A stretch of 64,000 nucleotides of DNA from Terriglobia bacterium (GTDB taxonomy: Bacteria; Acidobacteriota; Terriglobia; 20CM-2-55-15), in contig CBDAOY010000005.1 of the NCBI GenBank assembly GCA_965198225.1, positions 512,001-576,000 of the forward strand, written 5' to 3'. Shown here piece by piece: positions 32,168 to 42,044 of the stretch (within the stretch, counting starts at the first letter, position 1; each line of letters opens with the position of its first letter). The notes beneath the pieces were generated by a model. That model was given only the letters and a program-made list of their open reading frames with translations, was not told where the DNA came from and searched no databases. The translations under genes were made by a program, and so were the position numbers.

Positions 32168-32357
32168 CCGTTTTCGAGTCCACTGCCGGCTAAACAGGCA
32201 CGGCCGACAGAGCAGGAAAGGGTGCGGATCGAGGGTGAGGATCTGGCTAACTTGTCGTCCACGGACTCTGTCCAAAGGACACGTACTGTCTCTATCCCCC
32301 CTTGCAGGACCGGAAACAGCGATAGCCCTCGAGGCTCAGATAGATCTATGGTGGGAG
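32168..32357 (+). ncRNA. candidate IS110/IS1111-type bridge (seek) RNA region, truncated by IS3
   Basis: Non-coding stretch immediately 3' of the IS110 transposase stop; position only, fold not computed. Confidence 0.35.
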
Positions 32358-32384
32358 TGCGCCCCCAAAACTGGACAGATTTCG

Positions 32385-33209
32385 TCAAAGATTGAGAATA
32401 GGCCGATCGGCGCGTTTCAAGTTCACGAGCTGCTCGAACTCGATCGGCGGACGATAGCCGATTGAGGAGTGCAGCCGCTTGCGATTGTAGACCTCCTCGA
32501 TGAAGTATGGGACACGTTCGATCACGTCCTCGTAGGTCTCGTAGTTCCAGAGATGGATCTCCTCGTACTTCAACGTCTTGAAGAACGACTCCACGAAAGC
32601 GTTGTCCCCGGGATTGCCCTTCGCCGACATGCTGATCTGGAAGCCGTGTGTTCGCAAGATGTCGATGTAGTCGTCGGAGGCATACTGCACGCCCCGATCT
32701 GAATGATGGATGCAGCCCCGGGTGTCGAGACGCGCTGCGATGGCCATCTGTAACGCCTCGATGCAGAGCTGGCGGTCGATCCGTTTCGAGATCGCCCAAC
32801 CGATGACCTTGCGAGAGTGGAGATCCAGGATGGCGGCCAGGAACACGAATCCGGTGCGTATCCGGATGTAAGTGATATCGGCTGCCCACGCTTGATTCAG
32901 ACCGGTGACCGTGTGCCTCTTCAGCAGATTGGGGTAGATGCGGAACCGGTGATTGGAATCGGTCGTGTGGAGGAAACTCCGCCAGGTGATCGGCTTCAAC
33001 CCGTACCGCTTCATCACGCGCCGAAGCCGTTTCGTGTTGACGATCTCGCCCTGGCGTTCCAGTTCCCGATACACCCGGCGGTATCCGTAGCCGGGAAATT
33101 CGGCCTGGATCCGCTCGATGCGATCGCGCAGATCGGCGTCCTGTTGCGCTTTCAGTTTGGGATCGACCTTCGGCCTGTAGTAATACGTGCTACGTGCCAG
33201 GCCCGTCAT
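32385..33209 (-). CDS. IS3 OrfB (rve integrase/DDE)
   Basis: YGYRR, WAADITY, HHSDRGVQY, DNAFVESFFKTLK. Confidence 0.93.
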   Translation of the reverse strand: MTGLARSTYYYRPKVDPKLKAQQDADLRDRIERIQAEFPGYGYRRVYRELERQGEIVNTKRLRRVMKRYGLKPITWRSFLHTTDSNHRFRIYPNLLKRHTVTGLNQAWAADITYIRIRTGFVFLAAILDLHSRKVIGWAISKRIDRQLCIEALQMAIAARLDTRGCIHHSDRGVQYASDDYIDILRTHGFQISMSAKGNPGDNAFVESFFKTLKYEEIHLWNYETYEDVIERVPYFIEEVYNRKRLHSSIGYRPPIEFEQLVNLKRADRPILNL

Positions 33210-33556
33210 TTCGCACCCTTTCGATATCGATCCCAGTTTTTCCCAGTGATTACGGCAGTATCGACGTTTCGATTCCGCTTCATCCAGCTCTGCAGTTTTT
33301 TTTGATGATCGATCTGCATCACCAGATCCCCAACCTTCGCCTTCAGGCGTTCATTCTCGGCCTCCAACGCCCGTTCCCGGCTCGAAGGCCTATCCACCAG
33401 TTGATTCGCCTCGTACTGCGTCCGCCAACGCTGAATCACGCTGGGCGAGATCTGGTACTGCCGCGCTGCCGCGCTCAGCGTCATCTGGCCGGTTTCAATC
33501 TGCTCGACCAGGCGTCGCTTGAATTCCACTTCAAACTTCCGTCGGATCTTTCCCAT
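33206..33556 (-). CDS. IS3 OrfA (HTH)
   Basis: RRKFEVEFKRRLV...LEAENERLK; ATGA overlap with orfB. Confidence 0.9.
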   Translation of the reverse strand: MGKIRRKFEVEFKRRLVEQIETGQMTLSAAARQYQISPSVIQRWRTQYEANQLVDRPSSRERALEAENERLKAKVGDLVMQIDHQKKLQSWMKRNRNVDTAVITGKNWDRYRKGAK

Positions 33557-33790
33557 CGGTGTCGGACTCCCTGGCCCACTGCTGAAAAATCGGCGCGCGT
33601 CACGCGCTGTGGAAACGGTGGAAAAGCTCCGCACAATACGCTCCGCTTTCCCACCGTTCCCACAGCGCCGGCGGGGGGATAATATTCCCCCTTCCAGCAG
33701 CAGGACCGGCTAAGCCGATCACCTATTCTCTAATTCTTGGGAAAAATGTCCAATGAAGGGGCGCAGTCGGGGTCGTCCCTAACCTGCTGT

Positions 33791-34051
33791 TCAGTTTCCG
33801 AACTCCGTCACGGTGTTGCACGGCCTGTTCTTGAATCGTCGGAACGAGTAGCGGAATAATGGGCTGGCTGCCTCGACAAGGACCCGGCGTGGGGGCCGCA
33901 ACCCGTCGGGGAGCTGTTTCTCTTGACATCCCCATTCATAGATCCGGACATCATCTTGCACCACAAGCTCTCCGTTTCGTTCCTGACCGAAGTGTATGTC
34001 TGAAACTTGGACAAGCCGGTAAAGTGCGTTGCCTTTCTTTGTTTGCGTCAT
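33791..34051 (-). pseudogene. metallophosphoesterase N-terminal fragment
   Basis: LVQVSDIHFGQ first metal-binding motif only. Confidence 0.5.
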
Positions 34052-34193
34052 GGTCGGGTACTATTGGCACTAGCCGTGGAACCTCGCCCCTCTGGAGAGA
34101 GGGGGCTTGCGCCGTGATCTTTTGTAGCAGCAACCCTCAATAAGCTTTCTTTCACAGCGAAATCCGCTCAACGACGTTGCGATTCACCGCTAT

Positions 34194-35078
34194 TCAGGTG
34201 GGAAGCCGCAAACGGCTGGGTGCGAGCCGGAAGTAAATCTCTCGAAGAGCCATTGTTTCCATAAGGCTTTCTTCTGAGCCGAAGAGCGAATATGCGTTCA
34301 AGTTGTGTGCGTCTAGCAATTTCAGAACTTTCAGTCGCTCCGTCGACGGAATCTTAATCTTCCACAAAACATCCTGCGCAAAGCTGCGAGGCGGATAATC
34401 ATCGCCAGCAAATACTTCCTCATGGGCAGCGAAATCCCAGCCAGAATTGCTGTCACAACTCAAACAGATCGTGTATTCGCATTGCTGAAGAAAGTGTCTC
34501 TTATGAGTCCGGATGTATGGTCCGAGGGAACTAATCACGGGACCGCTGCTCGAATGGGTCTTCACACCCATGGGACGTTCACAATATACGTAAATAGAAG
34601 CTATTTGCTCAGCTTCAACTGCGTGCCGGAAAGCGAAGAACGCAGCAACATATTGCGAACGAGTCCAATCGAGAAGCGGCGATGGAAAGCCATGGTGCCG
34701 CAAATACACCATGTACTCATAAGCCGGTAGTTGTGCGAAGCTAATAGGTTCGTATTCGCGCAAGGATTTCTTTACTGCTGGGTATTCCGGAATGTCCCAT
34801 TGCGTCCCGACAAAGGCCTCAATACTTGGTTTAACCCGAGTTATTAAGCGGTAGTATTCGTCTAGCGACATCACGTTTCCAGCGCTACGCTCAAGCGTTG
34901 TGGCGAGCGACCAAGCAGAGCTTTCTTGGCCGCGGAAAAAAAGTCGTGACGGATGCTGATCCGAGAGAGTTGACTGCTGTCGAAGCTTTCCAACTGCCCC
35001 TCGAATTCTTCCCAATTGCTCACCCTTTAGACATGATGAACTGTCGCCGGTTGTCCGTACAGAATGGCATTGTCCCAC
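34194..35078 (-). CDS. FRG domain protein
   Basis: LFFRGQ..WSLATTLER, LRHHGFPSPLLDWT, VAAFFA; start uncertain. Confidence 0.88.
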   Translation of the reverse strand: MGQCHSVRTTGDSSSCLKGEQLGRIRGAVGKLRQQSTLSDQHPSRLFFRGQESSAWSLATTLERSAGNVMSLDEYYRLITRVKPSIEAFVGTQWDIPEYPAVKKSLREYEPISFAQLPAYEYMVYLRHHGFPSPLLDWTRSQYVAAFFAFRHAVEAEQIASIYVYCERPMGVKTHSSSGPVISSLGPYIRTHKRHFLQQCEYTICLSCDSNSGWDFAAHEEVFAGDDYPPRSFAQDVLWKIKIPSTERLKVLKLLDAHNLNAYSLFGSEESLMETMALREIYFRLAPSRLRLPT

Positions 35079-35284
35079 TCAATGGGTCTAACCTGGGCGC
35101 GCAATGCGATGGCGTTTTTCCCGTCTTCCTATTTGCACCATTGCGCTCTCCCCGGGCGGTCACCGAAAAGCGGCTAACGAGGGGAAAGCAGGTCGGGACA
35201 CTGATAGCGACGGGAACCCTGCAACGCAACCCCATGACTGGAGCGGCTTTATGCGAGCGGTTGAGCAATGACCGGCCCCTTCCG

Positions 35285-35410
35285 ACGCGTCGATGAGACG
35301 CTCAGCGTCTCTCGGCTGCCCTGCCAGCACCACAAGCACATCAAGTCCACCCACATGCTCGAACGGCTCAATGAAGAGATCAAGCGTCGGGCCCACGCCG
35401 TACGGGTCCT
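35285..35410 (+). pseudogene. IS256-family transposase fragment
   Basis: LPCQHHKHIKSTHMLERLNEEIKRR. Confidence 0.75.
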
Positions 35411-35503
35411 TCTGGTGGGACACTACTCCGATGACGCAAGAAACGCTAGACTGAGCTGGGCGGTTCCTGTATCCGCAATCCGATGTCCTAGCAAGGAGGA
35501 ACA

Positions 35504-35676
35504 ATGGCACTAGTAGGCAAGGGTTCTTTTATCGTTGGACTGGTGATCGCTACGGCCGCAGGCGTGGGCTTTGAACAAGCCTGGTTTGGCTGGGCACTCG
35601 CAGTGCTCGGTCTGATCGTTGGATTCTTGAATATCAGCGACAAGGAGAGTCAGCCCTTTCTCTCGGCGGCGATAGC
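35504..35676 (+). pseudogene. truncated copy of the small membrane protein at 43569
   Basis: LVGKxSFIVGLVIA...FEQAWFGW...GFLNxSDKESQ shared. Confidence 0.8.
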
Positions 35677-36988
35677 GCACCTGGGAGCTCGGAATTCACT
35701 CCTACTTGGCCTATTTGCGCGACCGCTTGCTGTTAGCGCGGGAACTGCTGCATGAGAGCGGCAGCGGCTTTGTGCAGATCGGCGACGAAAACGTCCACCG
35801 CGCCGGCATGGTCATGGACGAAATCTTCGGCGCGGAAAACCGGATGGCGACGATTTCCTATGCGACGACCGGAGGCAGTTCTACATCGCACTTACCACAG
35901 ATAGCCGACTATCTGTGGTGGTATGCCAGGGACCGCAGGCGCATGAAATACCGGCAGTTGTATGAACCGCTCACGCGGGCGGAGGTGATCGAGTCCTTCA
36001 GCTGGCATGTGATGGTCGAACTGCCCGACGGTCAATGCCGCCAGCCGCAGCGCGACACGCAAAAAGCCCGTGTCACCGGTCCTTTTACGGTCGAGGCCGT
36101 GCCCGCGCCGGCGGTGAAGTCGCTCGACGCAATCGAGGAGGCGACCTCCCAGGCGGACGACGTTTCGGTCGCGCGCTCGGGCGAGACGCTCGCCAAGGCG
36201 ACTGGCGCGACGAGCTTCTCAAGACCGGCATTCGCGGCAAGGCCGGGCAGAGCATTTCGTTCGCCCGACTGGAGCCGTTGCCTGGAACCCGGTGGCTGCA
36301 CGCTGATGGTGAGATGCGCCCCGACGATACCGGTGCAGAGCGTCTAGTGATCTCCTTCGGCCCCGAACATGCGCCGTTGGAACAGCGGCAGGTGGCACTC
36401 GCCATCGAGGAGGCACAAAGCCTTGTCCCCATGCCAAAGATTATCGTCTTCACGGCGTTTCAGTTCGATATCGAGGCGTCAAAGGACATTGATGAGACCC
36501 GCTGGCCCGGCGTGACGCTTTTGAAGGCGCAGATGAACGCCGACTTGCTGACCGACGACCTCAAGAAGAAACACGCGAGTAACGAAAGCTTCTGGCTGAT
36601 CGGCCAGCCCGACGTGGCGGTGGAACGGCTCTCAGACGGCGGGGACCAGGGTAAGTTCCGCGTCTCGGTGCAGGGCTTCGACTACTACAACACCAAGACC
36701 GGCAACGTGGAATCGGGCGGCTCGGACAAGATCGCCATGTGGATGCTCGACACCGACTACGACGGGCGGAGCCTGTTTCCCCGCCAGGTGTTCTTCCCGA
36801 TGGCCGGCGACAAGCACGGCTGGGCGCAGCTCGCCCGGAATCTCAAGACCGAGATCGACACGGACCTGATCGAAACTTATCGCGGAACGGTCTCCCTGCC
36901 CTTCGAAGCCGGCTGACACAGCCGGGTGGCGGTCAAGATCATCGATGATCGGGGAATTGAGAGGCTGAAAAGTGTAGAGATAAAGGTG
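35677..36988 (+). pseudogene. type III RM Mod-like adenine methyltransferase remnant (deletions, frameshift, stop)
   Basis: [35 protein letters not shown]; [12 protein letters not shown]; WMLDTDYDGRSLFPRQVFFP; VAVKIIDDRGIE. Confidence 0.85.
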
Positions 36989-37624
36989 ATGGCGCAACCG
37001 ACAAAAGCCAAGGCTATTGAACGCTTGCGGAAAGTACTGAATGAAGTATCTGAATTGAAGAGACTGCCGGATCACTCGTCAAACACTTCCAAGTCCCGAG
37101 TCAAGATACCGAAAAGTACGAACAAGGTCTTCGTTATCCATGTCAAAAACTTCCAAATCCCACGAAGATACCGAAAAGTACGAATCTTCGTTATCCATGG
37201 CCACGACGAATCTTCTCGGGAAACGGCTGCAAGATTCCTAGAAAGGCTGGGACTCGAGCCGGTAATCCTGCACGAACAACCGAATAAGGGCCGCACGATC
37301 ATCGAGAAGTTCGAAGAACATGCGCAAGTCGGGTTCGCGGTGGTCCTGCTGACCCCTGACGACGTAGGTGCGCTTGCGAACGACAAGAATAATCAAAAAC
37401 CACGGGCGAGACAGAACGTGATTTTCGAATTCGGGTACTTCATTGGCAAACTCGGTCGAGAGCGAGTCTGCGCTTTGGTGAAAGGCAACGTAGAGACGCC
37501 CTCGGACTATGATGGAGTCATTTACATTCAGTTGGACGGCTCGGATGGTTGGAAGCTAAGACTTATTAAGGAGCTAAAGAGTGTCGGCTTCAAGGTCGAC
37601 GCGAACCAAGTGTTCTCGCCATGA
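36989..37624 (+). CDS. TIR-like nucleotide-binding (Cap12-type TIR) domain protein
   Basis: FVIHGHD, LHEQPNKGRTIIEKFE, FAVVLLTPDD, ARQNVIFEFGYF, PSDYDG; short internal duplication at ~37104-37200. Confidence 0.88.
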   Translation: MAQPTKAKAIERLRKVLNEVSELKRLPDHSSNTSKSRVKIPKSTNKVFVIHVKNFQIPRRYRKVRIFVIHGHDESSRETAARFLERLGLEPVILHEQPNKGRTIIEKFEEHAQVGFAVVLLTPDDVGALANDKNNQKPRARQNVIFEFGYFIGKLGRERVCALVKGNVETPSDYDGVIYIQLDGSDGWKLRLIKELKSVGFKVDANQVFSP

Positions 37625-37932
37625 GTGTACATATCGACACGCCGCGAGACGAGATCGCTGACTTTTGTAAACGCTGGCGGGTCGTCGAACTGTCGCTGTT
37701 CGGTTCCGTGCTACGGGACGACTTCGGACCGGAAAGCGATGTGGACGTGCTGATCCGCTTTCACCCGGAGGTCCAGCACCGTCTCCTGGACATGGCACGC
37801 ATGCGGCAAGAGCTGAGCCGGATGCTCGGCCGGGAGGTGGATTTGGTTGAGCGCACGGCTGTCGAAGGGAGCCGCAACTACATTCGCCGCAGGGCGATAC
37901 TCCAAACCGCCGTGGTGGTTTATGCGGCGTGA
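37621..37932 (+). CDS. minimal nucleotidyltransferase (MntA-like antitoxin)
   Basis: LFGSVLRDDFGPESDVDVL. Confidence 0.92.
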   Translation: MSVHIDTPRDEIADFCKRWRVVELSLFGSVLRDDFGPESDVDVLIRFHPEVQHRLLDMARMRQELSRMLGREVDLVERTAVEGSRNYIRRRAILQTAVVVYAA

Positions 37933-38266
37933 CGATGCTGCCTATCTGCTCGACATACTGCTGTCGGCGCGGGATGCAACGGAATTCACGGCTGGGCTGA
38001 CGTACCCGCAATTCGAGAGGAGCCGCCTGCATCAGAACGCTATCCTCAAAGCCATTGAGATCATCGGCGAGGCTGCGGCGCGTATCAGCGAGGAAACCAA
38101 GCAGGCACATCCGAGGATTCCCTGGCTGGAAATCATCGGAATGCGAAACCGCCTCGTGCATGCCTATTTCGATGTGGACCTGAAGCGTGTGTGGGAGACC
38201 GCACAACAGGATATTCCCCGTCTCATCGACCGCATCGAACCTCTGGTACCGCCGGACAACGCATGA
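37922..38266 (+). CDS. HEPN/DUF86 (HepT-like) RNase toxin
   Basis: IIGEAA, IPW, MRNRLVHAY (RxxxxH). Confidence 0.92.
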   Translation: MRRDDAAYLLDILLSARDATEFTAGLTYPQFERSRLHQNAILKAIEIIGEAAARISEETKQAHPRIPWLEIIGMRNRLVHAYFDVDLKRVWETAQQDIPRLIDRIEPLVPPDNA

Positions 38267-38544
38267 TGGAACAGGCAACTATTGACCGCCTGATCATCAA
38301 CTCGCCCTACGAGGAACCAGGCGAACACTGGAGCTATAACCGCGACCGGCGCACCTTCTCCCGCATGAAAGGCCGTCGCCCGGCCGGCTACGTCGTCGCA
38401 TCGGGCGACTCCAAGGCATTTGACGACCCCGGTATCTTTGTAGAAATCCCGCGGGTCAACCGAATCCGCCCGCGCGTTCAGGCGTGGCGTAAAGCCGGGT
38501 ATCCGGGCGTCACGGGAATCACAAAGCGGCTACAAAGCTTTTGA
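38263..38544 (+). pseudogene. type III restriction (Res-like) subunit N-terminal fragment
   Basis: LIINSPYEEPGEHW...GRRPAGY...VNRIRPRVQAWRKAGYPGVTGITKRL, truncated. Confidence 0.8.
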
Positions 38545-38810
38545 ATAGCGAGCCGCATCAATGCAGCTGCTCCTCTGGGTGACTCATCGAGGATGCTGCT
38601 CGCCTCATCGTAGTCTCGGCGTATATCGTCGGCGAGATCAGGATAAGCAGGTGGAGCCCCACCAGCTCGTGGATACTCCAGTCGGTCGTGAACCCAGATG
38701 GAGACCTTCTTGCAATTGAAGCATTGGGAAACGGATACGTTACAAAGGCCAAAATCAAAAGAACCGTTACCTTCGACAGGCCAGAGGAAGGGACTTCGCT
38801 TCGCCATCTG
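38530..38810 (-). pseudogene. DUF4145 (HEPN-like) protein fragment
   Basis: CFNC...DIRRDYDEASSILDESPRGAAALMRLAIQKLC. Confidence 0.7.
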
Positions 38811-39167
38811 AATCCATGTCGTTATCCGGGCCTCCGATTCGACGTGCGCAATTCCCCGTTCCGCCGGGACCCGCGCCTCCGTGCCAACATCTGCCGCCGC
38901 GCCCTGCACCGCCGAGAGGAAGTCTAGGACCGTGGGCGGGGCCCAGATAGCCTACTGCCGTTTGATGACGACCAGGGTCACGCCGTCCGAGGGTGGGGCG
39001 AAGGACACGAGGCCTGCGTGCACTGCCACGAAGATTTCCCAGGCGGTTCCGTCCTTCGATTCCCTGACGACCGTTTCCAGGTGCTGGTGTGGAGGGAATG
39101 GGTTTGAGTTGCCCACTATATAGCGTACAGTTCATATGTACAGAACTTGATAGCGCGGGTGGTCAAA

Positions 39168-39407
39168 ATGAAGACAATCAGGGCGACTGAGTTCAAGGCT
39201 AGGTGTCTGCGCGTGATTGCACAATTGAACAAGGACCATGAACCAGTGACGATTACCAAGCGTGGCCGGCCGGTCGCGATATTATCGCCACTACCGTCGA
39301 ATAACGCGGTGGTGCCAATTATCGGAGCCATGCGGGGTTCGGTGCTAGCCTACGACGATCCCTTCCGCCCTGCGGCTGATCCATCCGACTGGGCCGCCGC
39401 CCGGTGA
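39168..39407 (+). CDS. Phd/YefM-family antitoxin
   Basis: MKTIRATEFKARCL...ITKRGRPVA. Confidence 0.92.
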   Translation: MKTIRATEFKARCLRVIAQLNKDHEPVTITKRGRPVAILSPLPSNNAVVPIIGAMRGSVLAYDDPFRPAADPSDWAAAR

Positions 39408-39817
39408 TCGTGCTCGACACACATGTATTGATCTGGGCCATGAATGACGACATACGGCTCGGAACCGCCGCGCGCGCGGCGATTGAAGAGACGGCGCAAA
39501 CGGACCGCATAGGGATTTCGGCCATCACGCCCTGGGAAATTGCCCTGCTGGCCGAGAGAGGCCGATTGCGTCTCGGGCGTGAGGTGGGAGTGTGGATCGA
39601 AGCCGCGCTTGCCTTGCCGGGTATCAATCTGGTACCGATCGGCCCGACGATAGCGATCGACAGTGTGAGGCTGCCTGGCAATTTCCATGCCGATCCTGCT
39701 GATCGCTTCATTGTCTCCACAGCCCGCCATTGCGATGCTTGGCTTGTCACCGCCGACCGCGCCATCCTTGCATACGCCGCCGGCGGACACGTCCGAACAA
39801 TCGATGCGGCAGATTAG
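39404..39817 (+). CDS. vapC: VapC PIN-domain toxin
   Basis: IVLDTHVLIW, SAITPWEI, HADPADRFI, LVTAD. Confidence 0.92.
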   Translation: MIVLDTHVLIWAMNDDIRLGTAARAAIEETAQTDRIGISAITPWEIALLAERGRLRLGREVGVWIEAALALPGINLVPIGPTIAIDSVRLPGNFHADPADRFIVSTARHCDAWLVTADRAILAYAAGGHVRTIDAAD

Positions 39818-40156
39818 ATCTTCATGTGCGTTGGCCCATATTCTTATCCGTTAGACGGACAAAGCCAAAGGCCGGCGGCGGTATTTCACGCTGGCCGCTA
39901 ACGCTATTGTCGGGCTCTCAACGTACGGTCTGGCGCTCGGGCTGGTTGGCGATGTCCTGGTCCGCGACGACTCCATGCGCTGGTACGAGACCCCGGCGGC
40001 GCTGTTTCCTGTACGACCAGTTCTGGCGCATGGGCTGAAATCGCGGAATTTTCGACGTCTACGATACGCTGTACGGAGAGTGGAACATGGATTCCATTTT
40101 GTCGGTATTGGAACACTGGTACTAGGGACACCCCTCGATCCGGACATGATGCTCCG

Positions 40157-40786
40157 CTAAATCTCTTTCGACTTCCATTTCGCATCTAGTTCTTCATGGC
40201 CATCTGTCTCGTTGTTCCATGGGCCTTCGAGAATATCGATTTTCCAGTCCAAGGGGTGATTGATCCGGCGAACGCACCAGTCGAAGTAGCGGAATCGCTT
40301 CTTGAACCCGTCGAAATACTCGATGCGACCGACGATTCTTCCACGAGCCTTGTTAGGGCCTTCGCCGAACGTAACATCTCGCTCAACCCCATTGGTTCCT
40401 GGGAAGACATCAGTAGATACTTTGGAGGCCGTGGATCTCATTTTTTCGTCACTGACTCTGTAATCAATCCGCATGATCCTGCCGGGCCGCCCGCCATAGT
40501 TTTTGATTTTTAAGAACAGAACCTTGGATGTGCCAGCATCTTCGACGCGACAATCCTCGATATCGGGGCTGACGTAAGCCCTGTGAGCCAATACCAGATT
40601 TTCTTGGGCGGTGGCGGATTGCCCCCTGGTTTGTCTCAGAACAAAGTAGAAGACAACAAGATTGGCGATGAGAACTACAAGCCCAGCCAGTCCGATGGTA
40701 TCCGCATAACTCATTGGCGAAAATAATTGGCTGAGCCTGTATGCCAGGTTCTCCATTGTTACCAGACCCCCCAGACCCGCCGGCAC
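40157..40786 (-). CDS. hypothetical membrane-anchored protein
   Basis: N-terminal TM, then RAYV...IKNYGGRP...GRIEYFD pattern; lower GC. Confidence 0.6.
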   Translation of the reverse strand: MPAGLGGLVTMENLAYRLSQLFSPMSYADTIGLAGLVVLIANLVVFYFVLRQTRGQSATAQENLVLAHRAYVSPDIEDCRVEDAGTSKVLFLKIKNYGGRPGRIMRIDYRVSDEKMRSTASKVSTDVFPGTNGVERDVTFGEGPNKARGRIVGRIEYFDGFKKRFRYFDWCVRRINHPLDWKIDILEGPWNNETDGHEELDAKWKSKEI

Positions 40787-41439
40787 TCAACCAACACCAA
40801 CACCTGACCCGATACGAAACTCTGCACGGGAAGGAAGGAATATATTGCTATTTTTCGATCAGAAAACCAGCGTATCAACTGGCGCCGCCATAATACATAG
40901 CGGCACTGTGAAGTTAACCGGAATTCACTCTTTGTCGAGGCGAAATCAATGCTAGCCAGCACCAAGAATCAGCGACGTAGCTGGCATGTCACTCAGCGGA
41001 ATGTCCAGGAAATCAGTTCACTTGACAGTGCCCTAGCCGATACGAAATGCGATGTCGTCAGGATCCGGCCAATTCCAGCCTGCGTTGAACTCCGCCTCGG
41101 CGCGCCTTGCCGCACTGATAGGGTGCTTGCACCAGCACACGATGCTCATCAACGTGCTTCCCGGATAGTAGCAATGGCGGTAGTAGTTGCTGACGGTCGG
41201 CTCCCTCAACCGCGGAAGGGTTCGTGCAAGGCAGTGGAGTAGCTTGATCGCCACCAAGTTGGCGATTACCTTAGGCAGTTCGGCAATCCAATCATTCATA
41301 GTGATTCTCCCGTCGAGTAAAAGCATGGTGCGAGAGCCTGACACACTTGGTATCGCACCATGTGGTCAGGACAGGGGGGCAACGACCAAGATTTAAGGCT
41401 TCCCCGCGCTACTCCAGCGGCACTGTCCAAGCACTCGGT

Positions 41440-42029
41440 TCAGGTAGCGAGGACCTTCTGGCCCTGCGGCCCGACGTACCTGTAGAGCGTCACGGGTTTG
41501 ATCCCGAGTTGAGTGCAGAGTTCGGACGCGGAGGTGTCACGCTGCGCCATCGCGGCTTCGGCCAGCCGTACCTGAGCCTTCGACAGCGCGAACTTCCTGC
41601 CGCCCTTTGCGCCCGCGCGGCCTTTGAGCCCGGCCAGGGTGCGTTCACGGATCAGCTCCCGTTCGAACTCGGCCAGCGCCGCGAAGATGCCGAACGCGAG
41701 GCGGCCGGCCGCCGTGGTGGTGTCGATCGGAGCGCCTTGACCGGCGAGCACCAGCAGGCCCACGCCGCGGGCGGAGAGGTCCTGCACGGTGTTGACCCGA
41801 TGGGCGAGGCTGCGGCGAGACGGTCGAGTTCCCAGACCACGAGCACGGCGCCCTTCCTCAGGGCGCCGAAGCAGCTGTCGAGTCCCGGCCGGTCGTCGCG
41901 TAGGCCGGAAGCGAAGTCGCGGTAGAGGTTGGCCGCCTCGTCGATGCCCGCGGCCCGAAGGACGTCGAGCTGCCGGTCCATCGACTGGGAGCCAGCCGCT
42001 TTTGAGACCCGTGCATAGCCGATCAGCAT
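41440..42029 (-). pseudogene. serine resolvase (TnpR-like), frameshifted
   Basis: MLIGYARVS...DRPGL...LVVWELDRL / FAALAEFERELIRERTLAGL...TLYRY split over two frames. Confidence 0.88.
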
Positions 42030-42044
42030 GTATTGTAAACGTTA

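Larger units (their letters stand above)
32358..33765 (-). mobile_element. IS3-family insertion sequence
   Basis: IRs TGCGCCCCCAAAACTGGACA / TGTCCAATGAAGGGGCGCA (TG...CA); orfA/orfB; A8 run at 33296-33303. Confidence 0.92.

Noticed and set aside
36926-37624. Mod-tail/TIR fusion protein
   Set aside because: The first 21 codons are the methyltransferase C-terminus after a nonsense codon; the TIR gene more plausibly starts at ATG 36989.
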